A stretch of DNA of 64,000 bases from Escherichia coli (GCF_024223415.1 NZ_CP100500.1), one strand, 5' to 3'. Shown: positions 29,479 through 45,500, counted from the first letter of the stretch. Translations and numbers: made by a program. Notes: generated by a model from the letters alone, not told the origin.

Positions 29479-30600
29479 ATGGAATACCAACTCACTCTTA
29501 ACTGGCCCGATTTTCTTGAACGTCACTGGCAGAAACGCCCGGTGGTGTTAAAACGCGGCTTTAATAATTTTATTGACCCGATCTCTCCAGACGAGTTGGC
29601 GGGTCTGGCGATGGAAAGCGAAGTCGACAGTCGACTGGTCAGTCACCAGGATGGCAAATGGCAGGTCAGCCACGGTCCGTTCGAAAGCTACGATCATCTC
29701 GGTGAAACCAACTGGTCATTACTGGTACAGGCAGTGAACCACTGGCATGAGCCGACCGCCGCGCTGATGCGACCGTTCCGTGAACTACCGGACTGGCGTA
29801 TTGATGATCTGATGATCTCTTTTTCTGTACCTGGCGGCGGCGTCGGCCCGCATCTCGATCAGTACGACGTGTTTATCATTCAGGGTACCGGACGTCGTCG
29901 CTGGCGAGTGGGCGAAAAGCTGCAAATGAAACAGCACTGTCCGCACCCTGATCTGTTACAGGTCGATCCGTTCGAAGCCATCATCGATGAAGAGCTGGAG
30001 CCTGGCGATATTCTTTATATTCCGCCAGGATTCCCGCATGAAGGCTACGCGCTGGAAAATGCGATGAACTATTCCGTGGGTTTTCGCGCGCCAAATACGC
30101 GGGAATTAATTAGCGGATTTGCCGATTATGTGCTGCAACGTGAACTGGGCGGCAACTACTACAGCGATCCGGATGTTCCACCTCGCGCTCATCCTGCGGA
30201 CGTTCTGCCGCAAGAGATGGATAAACTGCGTGAGATGATGCTCGAATTGATCAACCAGCCGGAACACTTTAAGCAATGGTTTGGCGAGTTTATATCCCAG
30301 TCACGTCATGAACTGGATATCGCTCCGCCAGAGCCGCCTTATCAGCCGGATGAAATCTACGATGCGCTGAAACAAGGTGATGTGCTGGTGCGCCTGGGTG
30401 GTCTGCGCGTATTGCGCATTGGCGACGACGTGTATGCCAATGGTGAGAAGATCGATTCCCCGCACCGTCCGGCACTGGATGCACTCGCCAGCAACATTGC
30501 GCTGACTGCGGAGAATTTTGGCGATGCGCTGGAAGATCCGTCATTCCTCGCGATGCTCGCGGCGCTGGTCAATAGCGGGTATTGGTTCTTCGAAGGGTAA
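29479..30600 (+). CDS. roxA: Ribosomal protein uL16 arginine hydroxylase RoxA (YcfD), cupin/JmjC-like
   Basis: 373 aa from internal ATG, MEYQLTLNWPDFLERHWQKRP... Confidence 0.9.
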   Translation: MEYQLTLNWPDFLERHWQKRPVVLKRGFNNFIDPISPDELAGLAMESEVDSRLVSHQDGKWQVSHGPFESYDHLGETNWSLLVQAVNHWHEPTAALMRPFRELPDWRIDDLMISFSVPGGGVGPHLDQYDVFIIQGTGRRRWRVGEKLQMKQHCPHPDLLQVDPFEAIIDEELEPGDILYIPPGFPHEGYALENAMNYSVGFRAPNTRELISGFADYVLQRELGGNYYSDPDVPPRAHPADVLPQEMDKLREMMLELINQPEHFKQWFGEFISQSRHELDIAPPEPPYQPDEIYDALKQGDVLVRLGGLRVLRIGDDVYANGEKIDSPHRPALDALASNIALTAENFGDALEDPSFLAMLAALVNSGYWFFEG

Positions 30601-30611
30601 GTTTGGATTTA

Positions 30612-30680
30612 AGCCGGATGCGGCGCTGATTGCGCCTTATCGTGCCTGCATGCACTGAACGCCTGTAGGCACGATAAGTA
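30612..30680. repeat. REP-like palindromic element between roxA and pepT
   Basis: gccggatgcggcg...cgccttatc and cgtgcctgca...tgtaggcacg imperfect palindromes typical of REP sequences. Confidence 0.4.
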
Positions 30681-30745
30681 TGTGGACCAGTGTCAATATA
30701 ACGGTTTCATCCCGGTAATTGGCAGTCCACATACGCATCGGGCAA

Positions 30746-31975
30746 TCACGACTTCCGTTGCGCCGTTAACTCGGCAATACGGACGATCACCTGCACCGCT
30801 TTTTCCATACCTTCCAGAGTCACAAACTCATGCTTACCATGATAGTTGTAACCGCCAGTGAACAGGTTCGGGCACGGTAATCCCATAAACGACAACTGCG
30901 CGCCGTCGGTACCACCGCGGATCGGTTTCAGTTCCGGTTCAATATCGCAGTCACGCATCGCCTGCTGGGCGATATCGAGAATATGCGGATGCTCAACCAC
31001 TTTCTCGCACATATTGTAGTAACTGTCTTCAATCACCAATTCAATGTAGCAATCAGGATGTAACCCTTTGCCCACTTTTTTGGCGATCTCCATCATTTTA
31101 CGTTTACGCGCTTCAAACTGTTTACGGTCGAAATCACGGATGATGTAGTGCATATCGGCCCGTTCAACGGTGCCTTTCATGCTCGCCAGGTGATAGAAAC
31201 CTTCATAGCCTTCTGTCATTTCCGGGCTTTCATCCGCCGGAACTTCCGCATGAATACGTGCCGCCAGCGACAGCGCATTTACCATCACTCCTTTCGCCGT
31301 GCCCGGATGAACATTGTTACCGACAATTTTGATATTGACCGATGCGGCGTTGAAGTTTTCAAACTCCAGTTCGCCTACGCCACCACCATCAACAGTGTAA
31401 GCCCAGCGGGCATCGAAGGCATCAACATCAAAATGTTTCGCCCCTTTGCCCACTTCTTCATCCGGGGTAAAGGCGACGCGAATATCACCATGCGGAATGT
31501 TTTTCTGTTGCAATACCGCCAGCGCGGTCATGATTTCTGCAATACCTGCTTTGTCATCGGCACCTAACAAGGTTTTACCATCGGTGGTAATCAGCGTCTG
31601 ACCCAGTAGCTGATGCAGCACCGGGAACATAACCGGTGATAAAACTTCATCGCCGATACCCAGCGCAATATCGCCACCGCGATAGTTTTCAACAATTTGC
31701 GGATTCACATTTTTGCCGCTGCAATCCGGTGAGGTATCCACATGAGAAATAAAGCCAATCGCCGGGATATCGCCAGGGACGTTAGCCGGTAACGTCGCCA
31801 TCAAAGTGCCCTTCTCACTTAAGGTCACATTGATAAGCCCCATCTCTTCGAGCTGCTCTTTCAGCAGATGCAATAACTTCCATTGGCCTTCCGTGCTGGG
31901 AACCTGTCTCACCCCTGCTTTTGATTGGGTATCCAGAGACACGTAGTTCAAAAATCGCTCAAGTAGTTTATCCAT
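30746..31975 (-). CDS. pepT: Peptidase T (tripeptide aminopeptidase)
   Basis: 408 aa from internal [24 protein letters not shown]... Confidence 0.9.
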   Translation of the reverse strand: MDKLLERFLNYVSLDTQSKAGVRQVPSTEGQWKLLHLLKEQLEEMGLINVTLSEKGTLMATLPANVPGDIPAIGFISHVDTSPDCSGKNVNPQIVENYRGGDIALGIGDEVLSPVMFPVLHQLLGQTLITTDGKTLLGADDKAGIAEIMTALAVLQQKNIPHGDIRVAFTPDEEVGKGAKHFDVDAFDARWAYTVDGGGVGELEFENFNAASVNIKIVGNNVHPGTAKGVMVNALSLAARIHAEVPADESPEMTEGYEGFYHLASMKGTVERADMHYIIRDFDRKQFEARKRKMMEIAKKVGKGLHPDCYIELVIEDSYYNMCEKVVEHPHILDIAQQAMRDCDIEPELKPIRGGTDGAQLSFMGLPCPNLFTGGYNYHGKHEFVTLEGMEKAVQVIVRIAELTAQRKS

Positions 31976-32224
31976 GTAGTCACCCTCACTTTTTGTGACA
32001 ACATTATTAAGAAGCAAGAAAAGACAAATATTGCGTCAGGTCACTTTTACCCCTGCAAGCGGGAATATTTATCAGCATTACCTTAATGAATATAAAGCTA
32101 AGCCAGTAATTCACAACAAAGATTGGCGATTCAAGCGGTTTGCCGTAGAATTACCGCCCTCATTAAGAGTCACCAAGGTGGTTAACCACAAACCCCGCAT
32201 CGGTAAGCCATCCGTTGCGTTTAC

Positions 32225-33361
32225 ATGGGACAGAGTAAAAAATTGAATAAACAACCGAGTTCGCTTTCACCGCTGGTGCAATTGGCGGGAATTCGCAAAT
32301 GCTTTGATGGTAAAGAGGTCATTCCCCAGTTGGATCTGACTATCAACAATGGCGAGTTCCTCACGCTGCTTGGCCCTTCTGGCTGCGGTAAAACAACCGT
32401 TCTTCGCCTGATTGCAGGTCTGGAAACTGTTGATTCCGGACGCATCATGTTGGATAACGAGGACATCACCCACGTTCCGGCGGAAAACCGCTATGTGAAC
32501 ACTGTTTTCCAAAGCTACGCACTTTTCCCCCACATGACCGTGTTCGAAAATGTGGCCTTTGGGTTGCGCATGCAAAAAACCCCCGCTGCTGAAATTACGC
32601 CCCGCGTGATGGAAGCCCTGCGGATGGTGCAGCTGGAAACCTTCGCTCAACGTAAACCGCATCAGCTCTCTGGTGGTCAACAGCAACGCGTCGCCATTGC
32701 TCGCGCGGTGGTTAACAAGCCTCGTCTGTTGTTGCTGGATGAGTCGCTCTCAGCGCTGGATTACAAACTGCGTAAGCAAATGCAGAACGAGCTGAAAGCG
32801 TTACAGCGTAAGCTTGGCATTACATTCGTCTTCGTGACTCACGATCAGGAAGAAGCACTCACCATGTCAGATAGGATTGTGGTGATGCGCGATGGTCGCA
32901 TTGAGCAAGACGGCACGCCGCGTGAAATCTACGAAGAGCCGAAAAACCTGTTTGTTGCCGGGTTCATTGGCGAAATCAATATGTTTAACGCCACTGTCAT
33001 CGAACGTCTCGACGAGCAGCGCGTACGCGCCAACGTTGAAGGCCGCGAATGTAATATCTACGTTAACTTCGCCGTTGAACCGGGGCAAAAACTGCATGTT
33101 CTGCTGCGCCCGGAAGACTTACGTGTTGAAGAGATTAACGACGACAACCACGCTGAAGGGCTGATTGGTTACGTTCGCGAGCGTAACTACAAAGGCATGA
33201 CGCTGGAGTCGGTTGTTGAACTGGAAAATGGCAAGATGGTGATGGTCAGCGAATTCTTCAATGAAGACGATCCTGACTTTGACCACTCTCTCGACCAAAA
33301 AATGGCCATTAATTGGGTAGAAAGCTGGGAGGTCGTACTGGCTGATGAAGAACACAAGTAA
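32225..33361 (+). CDS. potA: Spermidine/putrescine ABC transporter ATPase PotA
   Basis: 378 aa with Walker [10 protein letters not shown] and ABC signature LSGGQQQR. Confidence 0.95.
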
Positions 33362-33374
33362 GTTCCAGAATGTA

Positions 33375-34202
33375 GTGATTGTCACTATTGTCGGTTGGCT
33401 TGTGTTGTTTGTCTTTCTGCCCAACCTGATGATCATTGGCACCAGCTTTTTGACCCGCGACGACGCCAGTTTTGTCAAAATGGTCTTTACGCTGGATAAC
33501 TACACGCGTCTGCTCGATCCGCTCTATTTTGAAGTGCTATTGCACTCGCTGAATATGGCGCTGATCGCCACCCTCGCCTGCCTGGTGCTGGGCTACCCGT
33601 TTGCCTGGTTTCTGGCGAAGCTGCCACACAAGGTGCGTCCGCTGCTGCTGTTTCTGCTGATTGTTCCCTTCTGGACCAACTCACTGATTCGCATCTACGG
33701 GCTGAAAATTTTCCTCAGCACCAAAGGCTATCTCAACGAGTTTTTGCTCTGGCTGGGCGTTATCGACACACCAATCCGTATCATGTTCACGCCCAGTGCG
33801 GTGATTATCGGTCTGGTTTACATTCTGCTGCCGTTTATGGTGATGCCACTGTACTCCAGTATCGAAAAACTGGATAAGCCGTTGCTTGAGGCGGCGCGCG
33901 ATCTCGGTGCCAGCAAGTTACAGACTTTTATCCGCATCATTATTCCACTGACGATGCCGGGGATTATTGCCGGATGTCTGCTGGTGATGCTGCCAGCGAT
34001 GGGCCTGTTCTATGTGTCCGACCTGATGGGCGGTGCGAAAAACCTGCTGATCGGTAACGTCATCAAGGTACAGTTCCTCAATATTCGTGACTGGCCGTTT
34101 GGTGCAGCCACCAGCATTACGCTGACTATCGTAATGGGCCTGATGTTGCTGGTTTACTGGCGCGCTTCTCGTCTGCTGAATAAAAAGGTGGAACTCGAAT
34201 GA
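33375..34202 (+). CDS. potB: Spermidine/putrescine ABC transporter permease PotB
   Basis: GTG start giving 275 aa (M)IVTIVGWLVLFVF...; multi-TM permease. Confidence 0.85.
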   Translation: MIVTIVGWLVLFVFLPNLMIIGTSFLTRDDASFVKMVFTLDNYTRLLDPLYFEVLLHSLNMALIATLACLVLGYPFAWFLAKLPHKVRPLLLFLLIVPFWTNSLIRIYGLKIFLSTKGYLNEFLLWLGVIDTPIRIMFTPSAVIIGLVYILLPFMVMPLYSSIEKLDKPLLEAARDLGASKLQTFIRIIIPLTMPGIIAGCLLVMLPAMGLFYVSDLMGGAKNLLIGNVIKVQFLNIRDWPFGAATSITLTIVMGLMLLVYWRASRLLNKKVELE

Positions 34203-34993
34203 TCGGTCGACTGCTTCGCGGCGGTTTTATGACCGCTATCTACGCGTACCTGTATATCCCAATCATTATTTTGATTGTGAACTCCTTTAACAGCTCGCGC
34301 TTTGGCATCAACTGGCAGGGTTTTACCACTAAATGGTATAGCTTGCTGATGAACAACGACAGCCTGTTACAGGCAGCGCAGCATTCACTAACAATGGCGG
34401 TGTTTTCGGCGACGTTTGCTACGCTTATCGGTTCACTGACGGCAGTTGCACTGTACCGTTATCGCTTTCGTGGTAAGCCGTTCGTTAGCGGAATGCTGTT
34501 TGTGGTAATGATGTCACCAGATATCGTGATGGCAATTTCGCTGCTGGTGCTGTTTATGCTGCTGGGTATTCAGCTTGGCTTCTGGTCGCTGCTGTTCTCG
34601 CATATCACCTTCTGCCTGCCATTTGTGGTGGTGACGGTGTATTCGCGCCTGAAAGGTTTTGACGTGCGAATGCTGGAAGCGGCGAAAGATCTCGGTGCCA
34701 GCGAATTTACCATTCTGCGAAAAATCATTCTGCCACTGGCAATGCCAGCGGTGGCGGCGGGCTGGGTGTTAAGCTTTACCCTGTCGATGGACGATGTGGT
34801 GGTTTCTTCGTTCGTCACCGGGCCGAGTTATGAAATTCTGCCGTTAAAAATTTATTCGATGGTCAAAGTCGGCGTATCGCCGGAAGTTAACGCGCTGGCA
34901 ACCATATTACTGGTGCTGTCGCTGGTGATGGTTATTGCCAGCCAGCTTATTGCTCGTGATAAAACGAAAGGTAACACAGGGGACGTTAAATGA
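34199..34993 (+). CDS. potC: Spermidine/putrescine ABC transporter permease PotC
   Basis: 264 aa; start overlaps potB stop. Confidence 0.9.
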   Translation: MIGRLLRGGFMTAIYAYLYIPIIILIVNSFNSSRFGINWQGFTTKWYSLLMNNDSLLQAAQHSLTMAVFSATFATLIGSLTAVALYRYRFRGKPFVSGMLFVVMMSPDIVMAISLLVLFMLLGIQLGFWSLLFSHITFCLPFVVVTVYSRLKGFDVRMLEAAKDLGASEFTILRKIILPLAMPAVAAGWVLSFTLSMDDVVVSSFVTGPSYEILPLKIYSMVKVGVSPEVNALATILLVLSLVMVIASQLIARDKTKGNTGDVK

Positions 34994-36036
34994 AAAAATG
35001 GTCACGCCACCTGCTCGCGGCGGGTGCTCTGGCACTGGGCATGAGCGCCGCTCACGCCGATGACAACAACACGCTGTATTTCTACAACTGGACCGAGTAC
35101 GTGCCGCCAGGACTGCTTGAACAGTTCACCAAAGAAACCGGTATTAAGGTTATCTATTCGACTTACGAGTCGAACGAAACCATGTATGCCAAGCTGAAAA
35201 CGTACAAAGACGGTGCCTATGACCTGGTGGTTCCTTCAACCTATTACGTCGATAAAATGCGTAAAGAAGGGATGATCCAGAAGATCGACAAGTCGAAGTT
35301 AAGCAATTTCAGCAACCTCGATCCAGACATGCTCAACAAGCCGTTTGACCCGAATAACGACTACTCCATTCCGTATATCTGGGGGGCGACGGCGATTGGC
35401 GTTAACGGTGATGCGGTGGATCCGAAATCCGTTACCAGCTGGGCCGATCTGTGGAAGCCTGAGTACAAAGGCAGCCTGCTGCTGACCGACGATGCCCGTG
35501 AAGTGTTCCAGATGGCGCTACGTAAGCTGGGCTACTCCGGTAACACCACCGATCCGAAAGAGATTGAAGCTGCATATAACGAGCTGAAAAAACTGATGCC
35601 AAACGTCGCAGCGTTTAACTCCGATAACCCGGCTAACCCGTACATGGAAGGCGAAGTTAACCTCGGCATGATCTGGAACGGTTCTGCTTTCGTTGCACGC
35701 CAGGCGGGTACGCCTATTGACGTGGTGTGGCCGAAAGAAGGCGGCATATTCTGGATGGACAGCCTGGCGATCCCGGCAAATGCCAAAAACAAAGAAGGCG
35801 CGCTGAAATTGATCAACTTCCTGCTGCGCCCGGATGTGGCAAAACAGGTTGCTGAAACTATCGGTTATCCAACGCCAAACCTTGCGGCGCGTAAGCTGTT
35901 AAGTCCAGAAGTGGCGAACGATAAGACGCTCTACCCGGATGCTGAAACCATTAAAAATGGCGAATGGCAGAATGACGTTGGCGCAGCCAGCAGCATTTAT
36001 GAAGAGTATTATCAGAAGCTGAAAGCAGGACGTTAA
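34990..36036 (+). CDS. potD: Spermidine/putrescine periplasmic binding protein PotD
   Basis: 348 aa with signal peptide. Confidence 0.95.
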   Translation: MKKWSRHLLAAGALALGMSAAHADDNNTLYFYNWTEYVPPGLLEQFTKETGIKVIYSTYESNETMYAKLKTYKDGAYDLVVPSTYYVDKMRKEGMIQKIDKSKLSNFSNLDPDMLNKPFDPNNDYSIPYIWGATAIGVNGDAVDPKSVTSWADLWKPEYKGSLLLTDDAREVFQMALRKLGYSGNTTDPKEIEAAYNELKKLMPNVAAFNSDNPANPYMEGEVNLGMIWNGSAFVARQAGTPIDVVWPKEGGIFWMDSLAIPANAKNKEGALKLINFLLRPDVAKQVAETIGYPTPNLAARKLLSPEVANDKTLYPDAETIKNGEWQNDVGAASSIYEEYYQKLKAGR

Positions 36037-36044
36037 TTCAGCAA

Positions 36045-36073
36045 GCGGGCGGTGGTATTACCGCCCGTTTTTT
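36045..36073 (+). terminator. Intrinsic terminator of the pot operon
   Basis: gcgggcggt...accgcccg hairpin followed by tttttt, 9 bp after the potD stop. Confidence 0.65.
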
Positions 36074-36150
36074 AGTTAGCAAGGATGTGGCTAATGAGTC
36101 AGGACAGTAAAGTTTTATCCCGCTCTTTCGTCGGTATTGTGGTCCGCTTG

Positions 36151-36179
36151 TAGGCCTGATAAGCGTAGCGCATCAGGCA
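36151..36179. repeat. REP element
   Basis: taggcctgataagcgtagcgcatcaggca, classic REP palindrome. Confidence 0.6.
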
Positions 36180-36191
36180 ATGCTTCCTGCT

Positions 36192-37013
36192 TTATAATCC
36201 CTTCAGCAACTTTTCAACAAATTCTGGCACCACCTGGCTTGCCGGGCCGTAATATTTCTCGGCAAATTCATTACCAACCTGACTCGGTTCAAGATTCAGT
36301 TCCACGGTGTGCGCGCCATGCAGTTTCGCTTCGTGAACAAACCCAGCCGCCGGATAAACATGCCCCGAAGTACCAATGGCAATGAAAATATCGGCCATCG
36401 ACAACGCCATATAAATTTCATCCATGCCGAGTGGCATTTCGCCAAACCACACTACGTGCGGGCGCAAGGGTGCCGGGAACTGGCAGCAATGGCATTTATC
36501 TTCTGGGGTAACGTCTACGGTCCAGTCGAGAACCTGACCACTTTGTGAACAACGAACTTTCAGCAGTTCCCCATGCATATGAATCACATTGGTATTACCT
36601 GCGCGTTCATGCAGGTTGTCTATATTCTGCGTCACCAGCAAAAAGCGATCGCCGAGAGCATCTTGCAGTTTAGCCAGCGCAAGATGCGCGGCGTTAGGCT
36701 GAATTTCTGGCTGCTGCAGCTGTCGACGACGGGCGTTATAAAACGCTTGCACCAGTTCAGGATCGCGATCGAAACCTTCCGGCGTTGCCACATCTTCAAC
36801 CCGATGTTCTTCCCACAGGCCATCTGCGGCGCGAAAGGTACGAATACCTGATTCCGCAGAAATTCCTGCCCCTGTCAGTACGAGTACTCTTGGTTTTTCC
36901 ATTGCTTCCGGCACCACTTTATCTCTGAAAAAAATACGCTGACGCAAACGCTCGCGCAGGCGGCGTTTATTTTTACGAAAACGACTTAACCGATGACCCC
37001 GACGCGACAGCAT
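36192..37013 (-). CDS. cobB: NAD-dependent protein deacylase CobB (sirtuin); may end 6 codons early relative to the K-12 form
   Basis: 273 aa, [19 protein letters not shown]...[14 protein letters not shown]; ends ...KLLKGL, with KAGSIA-stop encoded in the next frame. Confidence 0.85.
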   Translation of the reverse strand: MLSRRGHRLSRFRKNKRRLRERLRQRIFFRDKVVPEAMEKPRVLVLTGAGISAESGIRTFRAADGLWEEHRVEDVATPEGFDRDPELVQAFYNARRRQLQQPEIQPNAAHLALAKLQDALGDRFLLVTQNIDNLHERAGNTNVIHMHGELLKVRCSQSGQVLDWTVDVTPEDKCHCCQFPAPLRPHVVWFGEMPLGMDEIYMALSMADIFIAIGTSGHVYPAAGFVHEAKLHGAHTVELNLEPSQVGNEFAEKYYGPASQVVPEFVEKLLKGL

Positions 37014-37028
37014 AGCAACCTCTGTTGT

Positions 37029-37940
37029 TTAATCGGTTAGATGTAGGAAGGCCGCACCACGCATTCCTCCCGCATCACCGTGGCGCGCACGTTCAATGCG
37101 CGGAACACGAGCTACAGGTAAGAGATGACGAGGCAGCCTGTCCGCCAGTTGCGTTGTGATTGCCGGGAAATTCGATAAGCCACCACCAATGACGACCAGG
37201 TCAGGGTCAACAATGGTCAGGATATTTCCCAGACAAACCGCTAATAAATCCAGATAACGCTCAACGTGCGCCCTTGCCTGCTCATCGCCTTGATCATAAA
37301 GCGCAATAATTTCGGGAGCCTGCAACGGTTGATGATAATAGTGTTGATACAGCCACGCAAAACCGCGACCAGACAGATAATTTTCAATGCAGCCATGCTG
37401 ACCACAGCCGCAGCGGCGTAACGGGAAATCCAACCCCATCATGGTTAACGCATCAACCGGCAGACGCATATGGCCAAACTCGCCGGTAATGTAGCTTTTA
37501 CCAGTAATCGGTTTGCCGTTGAAAATCAGCCCGCCGCCAACGCCGGTGCCGAGAATCAACCCCATCACCAACGGATATTGCGTAAATTCGTCATCCCAGG
37601 CTTCTGAAAGGGCAAAACAGTTGGCATCGTTATCAAGGCGTACATCGCGATCAAGACGTGCGCTCAGGTCGGCACGCAGCGGTTTGCCGCTGGCAGCGGG
37701 GACATTAGCGGCATACAGCGTACCATCTTCTGTTTCCGGCATTCCCGGAATACCGATGCCGACAGAACCTTTACAGCCAAAACGTTGGTCAGCTTCAGCT
37801 ACCAGCTCACACACTGCATCTAAAAATGCGTCATAGCTGTCACGCGGTGTCGGCACCCGCTTTTCCCACTGCAACTGCCGACCGCTATCAAACACGCCAA
37901 GCGCAATTTTTGTTCCACCAATATCAAACCCGTAATACAT
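37029..37940 (-). CDS. nagK: N-acetyl-D-glucosamine kinase NagK
   Basis: 303 aa from internal [21 protein letters not shown] (ROK family). Confidence 0.9.
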
Positions 37941-37968
37941 TGCCACTCCTTGTTTTAATGTACTGCCT

Positions 37969-41217
<3,249 letters not shown>

Positions 41218-41367
41218 TCAATCGGCTAAATTGCCATGTTTTATCATCAATCTTGCCGCCTGATCTTAATCTGAAAAATCATCCAATACAGACAGATACC
41301 CATTACACCTCGGGTCATAACCCGCAGGATCAACCGCATGTAAATTAAAAAAGAGCGTGTTGTCCTG

Positions 41368-42441
41368 ATGAAACAAAAAGAGCTATGGATTAACCAGATC
41401 AAAGGGTTATGTATTTGTCTGGTCGTGATTTATCACTCGGTAATTACCTTTTATCCGCATATGACCACTTTTCAGCATCCGTTATCGGAAGTCCTGAGCA
41501 AATGCTGGATCTATTTCAATCTTTACCTTGCACCCTTTCGTATGCCGGTTTTTTTCTTTATTTCCGGCTATTTGATTCGCCGCTATATCGACAGCGTGCC
41601 GTGGGGAAATTGTCTCGATAAACGCATCTGGAGCATCTTCTGGGTGCTGGCGCTTTGGGGCATTGTCCAGTGGCTGGCGTTAAGTGCGCTGAATCAGTGG
41701 CTGGCACCTGAGCGCGATTTAAACAATGCCTCCAATGCTGCTTATGCCGATTCCACCGGTGAGTTCCTGCACGGGATGATCACCGCCAGCACCAGCTTGT
41801 GGTATCTGTATGCGTTAATTGTCTATTTCGTGGTATGTAAAATTTTTAGCCGTCTGGCGCTGCCACTATTCGCCTTGTTTGTACTGCTGAGTGTGGCGGT
41901 TAATTTCGTTCCCACGCCGTGGTGGGGAATGAACAGTGTGATCCGCAATTTGCCTTATTACAGCCTTGGCGCATGGTTTGGCGCAACAATAATGACCTGT
42001 GTTAAAGAGGTGCCGTTGCGCCGCCATCTGCTGATGGCTTCTTTGCTTACCGTTCTGGCGGTCGGTGCCTGGTTGTTTACTATCTCGCTGCTGTTGTCGC
42101 TGGTATCGATTGTGGTGATCATGAAGCTGTTTTATCAATACGAGCAACGATTCGGTATGCGCTCCACCAGCCTGCTGAATGTGATTGGCTCCAACACCAT
42201 TGCTATCTACACCACCCATCGCATTCTGGTTGAAATATTCAGCTTAACTCTGCTTGCGCAAATGAACGCAGCACGCTGGTCGCCGCAAGTCGAACTGACA
42301 CTCCTGCTGGTTTATCCCTTTGTCAGTTTGTTCATCTGTACTGTTGCGGGCTTGCTGGTGAGAAAACTTTCACAGCGTGCATTCAGCGATCTGTTGTTCT
42401 CCCCGCCTTCACTGCCCGCTGCCGTCAGTTACTCCCGCTAA
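41368..42441 (+). CDS. ycfT: Inner membrane protein YcfT (acyltransferase-3-like)
   Basis: 357 aa, multi-TM. Confidence 0.7.
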   Translation: MKQKELWINQIKGLCICLVVIYHSVITFYPHMTTFQHPLSEVLSKCWIYFNLYLAPFRMPVFFFISGYLIRRYIDSVPWGNCLDKRIWSIFWVLALWGIVQWLALSALNQWLAPERDLNNASNAAYADSTGEFLHGMITASTSLWYLYALIVYFVVCKIFSRLALPLFALFVLLSVAVNFVPTPWWGMNSVIRNLPYYSLGAWFGATIMTCVKEVPLRRHLLMASLLTVLAVGAWLFTISLLLSLVSIVVIMKLFYQYEQRFGMRSTSLLNVIGSNTIAIYTTHRILVEIFSLTLLAQMNAARWSPQVELTLLLVYPFVSLFICTVAGLLVRKLSQRAFSDLLFSPPSLPAAVSYSR

Positions 42442-42568
42442 GCCATCGCCCCAGCCGGGGCGATTCAATTTGCTAAACCATGTCGATTACGGATAATGAA
42501 CAGCATTGCTTATCAGAGATATGCCCCCATATGTTGAGGCATATCCTAACGAGAATCTGACAACCGTT

Positions 42569-45500
42569 ATGCCTGAACAATATCGTTATACGCTGCCCGT
42601 CAAAGCGGGTGAGCAGCGTCTGCTGGGCGAGTTAACCGGCGCTGCCTGCGCGACGCTGGTGGCGGAAATTGCCGAACGTCACGCCGGTCCGGTGGTACTC
42701 ATTGCACCAGATATGCAAAATGCCCTGCGTTTGCATGATGAAATCAGCCAGTTCACCGATCAGATGGTGATGAATCTGGCGGACTGGGAAACCCTCCCTT
42801 ACGACAGTTTTTCGCCTCATCAGGACATTATCTCCTCGCGCCTTTCCACCCTTTACCAGCTACCGACGATGCAGCGTGGCGTACTGATTGTTCCGGTGAA
42901 TACGCTTATGCAGCGCGTTTGCCCACACAGTTTTCTCCACGGTCATGCGCTGGTGATGAAAAAAGGTCAGCGCCTGTCACGAGATGCATTACGAACCCAA
43001 TTGGACAGCGCCGGTTATCGCCATGTTAACCAGGTGATGGAACACGGCGAATACGCCACGCGCGGCGCGTTGCTGGATCTCTTCCCGATGGGGAGTGAGC
43101 TACCTTATCGTCTTGATTTCTTTGATGATGAAATCGACAGTCTGCGGGTGTTTGACGTCGACAGCCAGCGCACGCTGGAGGAAGTAGAAGCGATCAATCT
43201 GTTGCCTGCGCACGAATTTCCGACCGATAAAGCGGCGATTGAACTGTTCCGCAGCCAGTGGCGCGATACCTTCGAAGTGAAGCGCGACCCGGAACATATT
43301 TATCAGCAAGTGAGTAAAGGCACATTACCTGCCGGGATCGAGTACTGGCAGCCGCTATTCTTCAGCGAACCACTGCCGCCACTGTTCAGTTATTTTCCTG
43401 CCAATACGCTGCTGGTGAATACTGGCGATCTGGAAAACAGTGCCGAACGTTTTCAGGCAGATACGCTGGCGCGTTTTGAGAATCGCGGCGTCGATCCGAT
43501 GCGCCCACTGTTGCCACCACAATCGCTCTGGCTGCGGGTGGACGAGCTCTTCTCAGAGCTGAAAAACTGGCCGCGGGTGCAGCTAAAAACTGAACATTTA
43601 CCGACAAAAGCCGCGAATGCCAATTTAGGTTTCCAGAAACTGCCAGACCTGGCCGTTCAGGCACAACAAAAAGCGCCGTTGGATGCGCTGCGTAAGTTCC
43701 TCGAGACTTTCGATGGTCCGGTGGTGTTCTCGGTAGAAAGTGAAGGTCGCCGTGAAGCGCTGGGTGAACTGCTCGCGCGAATTAAAATTGCTCCGCAACG
43801 CATTATGCGTCTTGATGAAGCCAGCGACCGTGGGCGTTATCTGATGATTGGCGCTGCCGAACATGGTTTTGTCGATAAGGTGCGTAACCTGGCGCTGATT
43901 TGCGAAAGCGATCTGCTCGGTGAACGCGTTGCCCGCCGTCGTCAGGACTCTCGCCGCACCATCAACCCCGATACACTGATCCGCAACCTCGCGGAGCTGC
44001 ATATTGGTCAGCCGGTAGTCCATCTGGAGCACGGCGTCGGTCGTTATGCCGGAATGACCACGCTGGAAGCTGGCGGCATTACTGGCGAGTACCTGATGCT
44101 CACCTATGCCAACGACGCCAAACTGTATGTTCCGGTGTCGTCACTGCATCTGATTAGCCGTTACGCAGGTGGCGCGGAAGAAAACGCCCCGCTGCATAAA
44201 CTTGGCGGTGATGCGTGGTCACGCGCGCGGCAGAAAGCGGCGGAAAAAGTGCGTGATGTGGCGGCGGAATTGCTGGATATCTACGCGCAACGCGCCGCCA
44301 AAGAGGGCTTCGCGTTTAAACACGATCGTGAGCAGTATCAGTTGTTCTGCGACAGCTTCCCGTTTGAAACCACGCCGGATCAGGCTCAAGCCATTAATGC
44401 GGTGCTTAGCGACATGTGTCAGCCGCTGGCAATGGATCGTCTGGTGTGCGGCGATGTTGGCTTTGGTAAAACAGAAGTGGCGATGCGCGCCGCTTTCCTG
44501 GCAGTAGATAACCATAAGCAGGTGGCGGTGCTGGTGCCTACCACCCTTCTCGCGCAGCAGCATTACGACAACTTCCGCGACCGTTTCGCCAACTGGCCGG
44601 TACGTATCGAAATGATCTCCCGTTTCCGCAGCGCCAAAGAGCAGACGCAAATCCTTGCGGAAGTGGCGGAAGGGAAAATCGATATTCTGATCGGTACGCA
44701 CAAACTGCTGCAAAGTGACGTCAAGTTTAAAGATTTAGGCCTGCTGATTGTCGATGAAGAACACCGCTTCGGGGTGCGTCATAAAGAGCGCATTAAAGCG
44801 ATGCGCGCGAACGTGGATATTCTGACGCTTACTGCAACGCCGATCCCACGTACGCTGAATATGGCAATGAGCGGAATGCGTGACCTGTCGATTATCGCCA
44901 CGCCGCCCGCCCGTCGTCTGGCAGTTAAAACCTTTGTCCGTGAGTACGATAGTCTGGTGGTTCGGGAGGCGATCCTGCGTGAAATTTTGCGCGGGGGGCA
45001 GGTTTATTATCTCTACAATGATGTGGAAAACATCCAGAAAGCCGCCGAACGGCTGGCAGAACTGGTGCCAGAAGCGCGGATCGCCATCGGTCACGGGCAG
45101 ATGCGCGAGCGCGAACTGGAACGGGTGATGAATGATTTCCATCATCAACGTTTCAACGTGCTGGTTTGTACAACCATTATCGAAACCGGGATCGACATCC
45201 CGACAGCCAACACCATTATCATTGAACGCGCGGATCACTTCGGTCTGGCGCAGCTGCACCAGTTACGCGGTCGCGTCGGACGTTCGCATCATCAGGCATA
45301 TGCATGGTTGCTGACACCGCATCCAAAAGCGATGACTACCGATGCACAAAAACGTCTTGAAGCAATTGCCTCGCTGGAAGATCTCGGTGCAGGTTTTGCG
45401 CTGGCAACGCACGATCTGGAGATTCGCGGCGCGGGTGAACTGCTTGGCGAAGAACAAAGCGGCTCAATGGAAACCATCGGTTTCTCGCTGTATATGGAGT

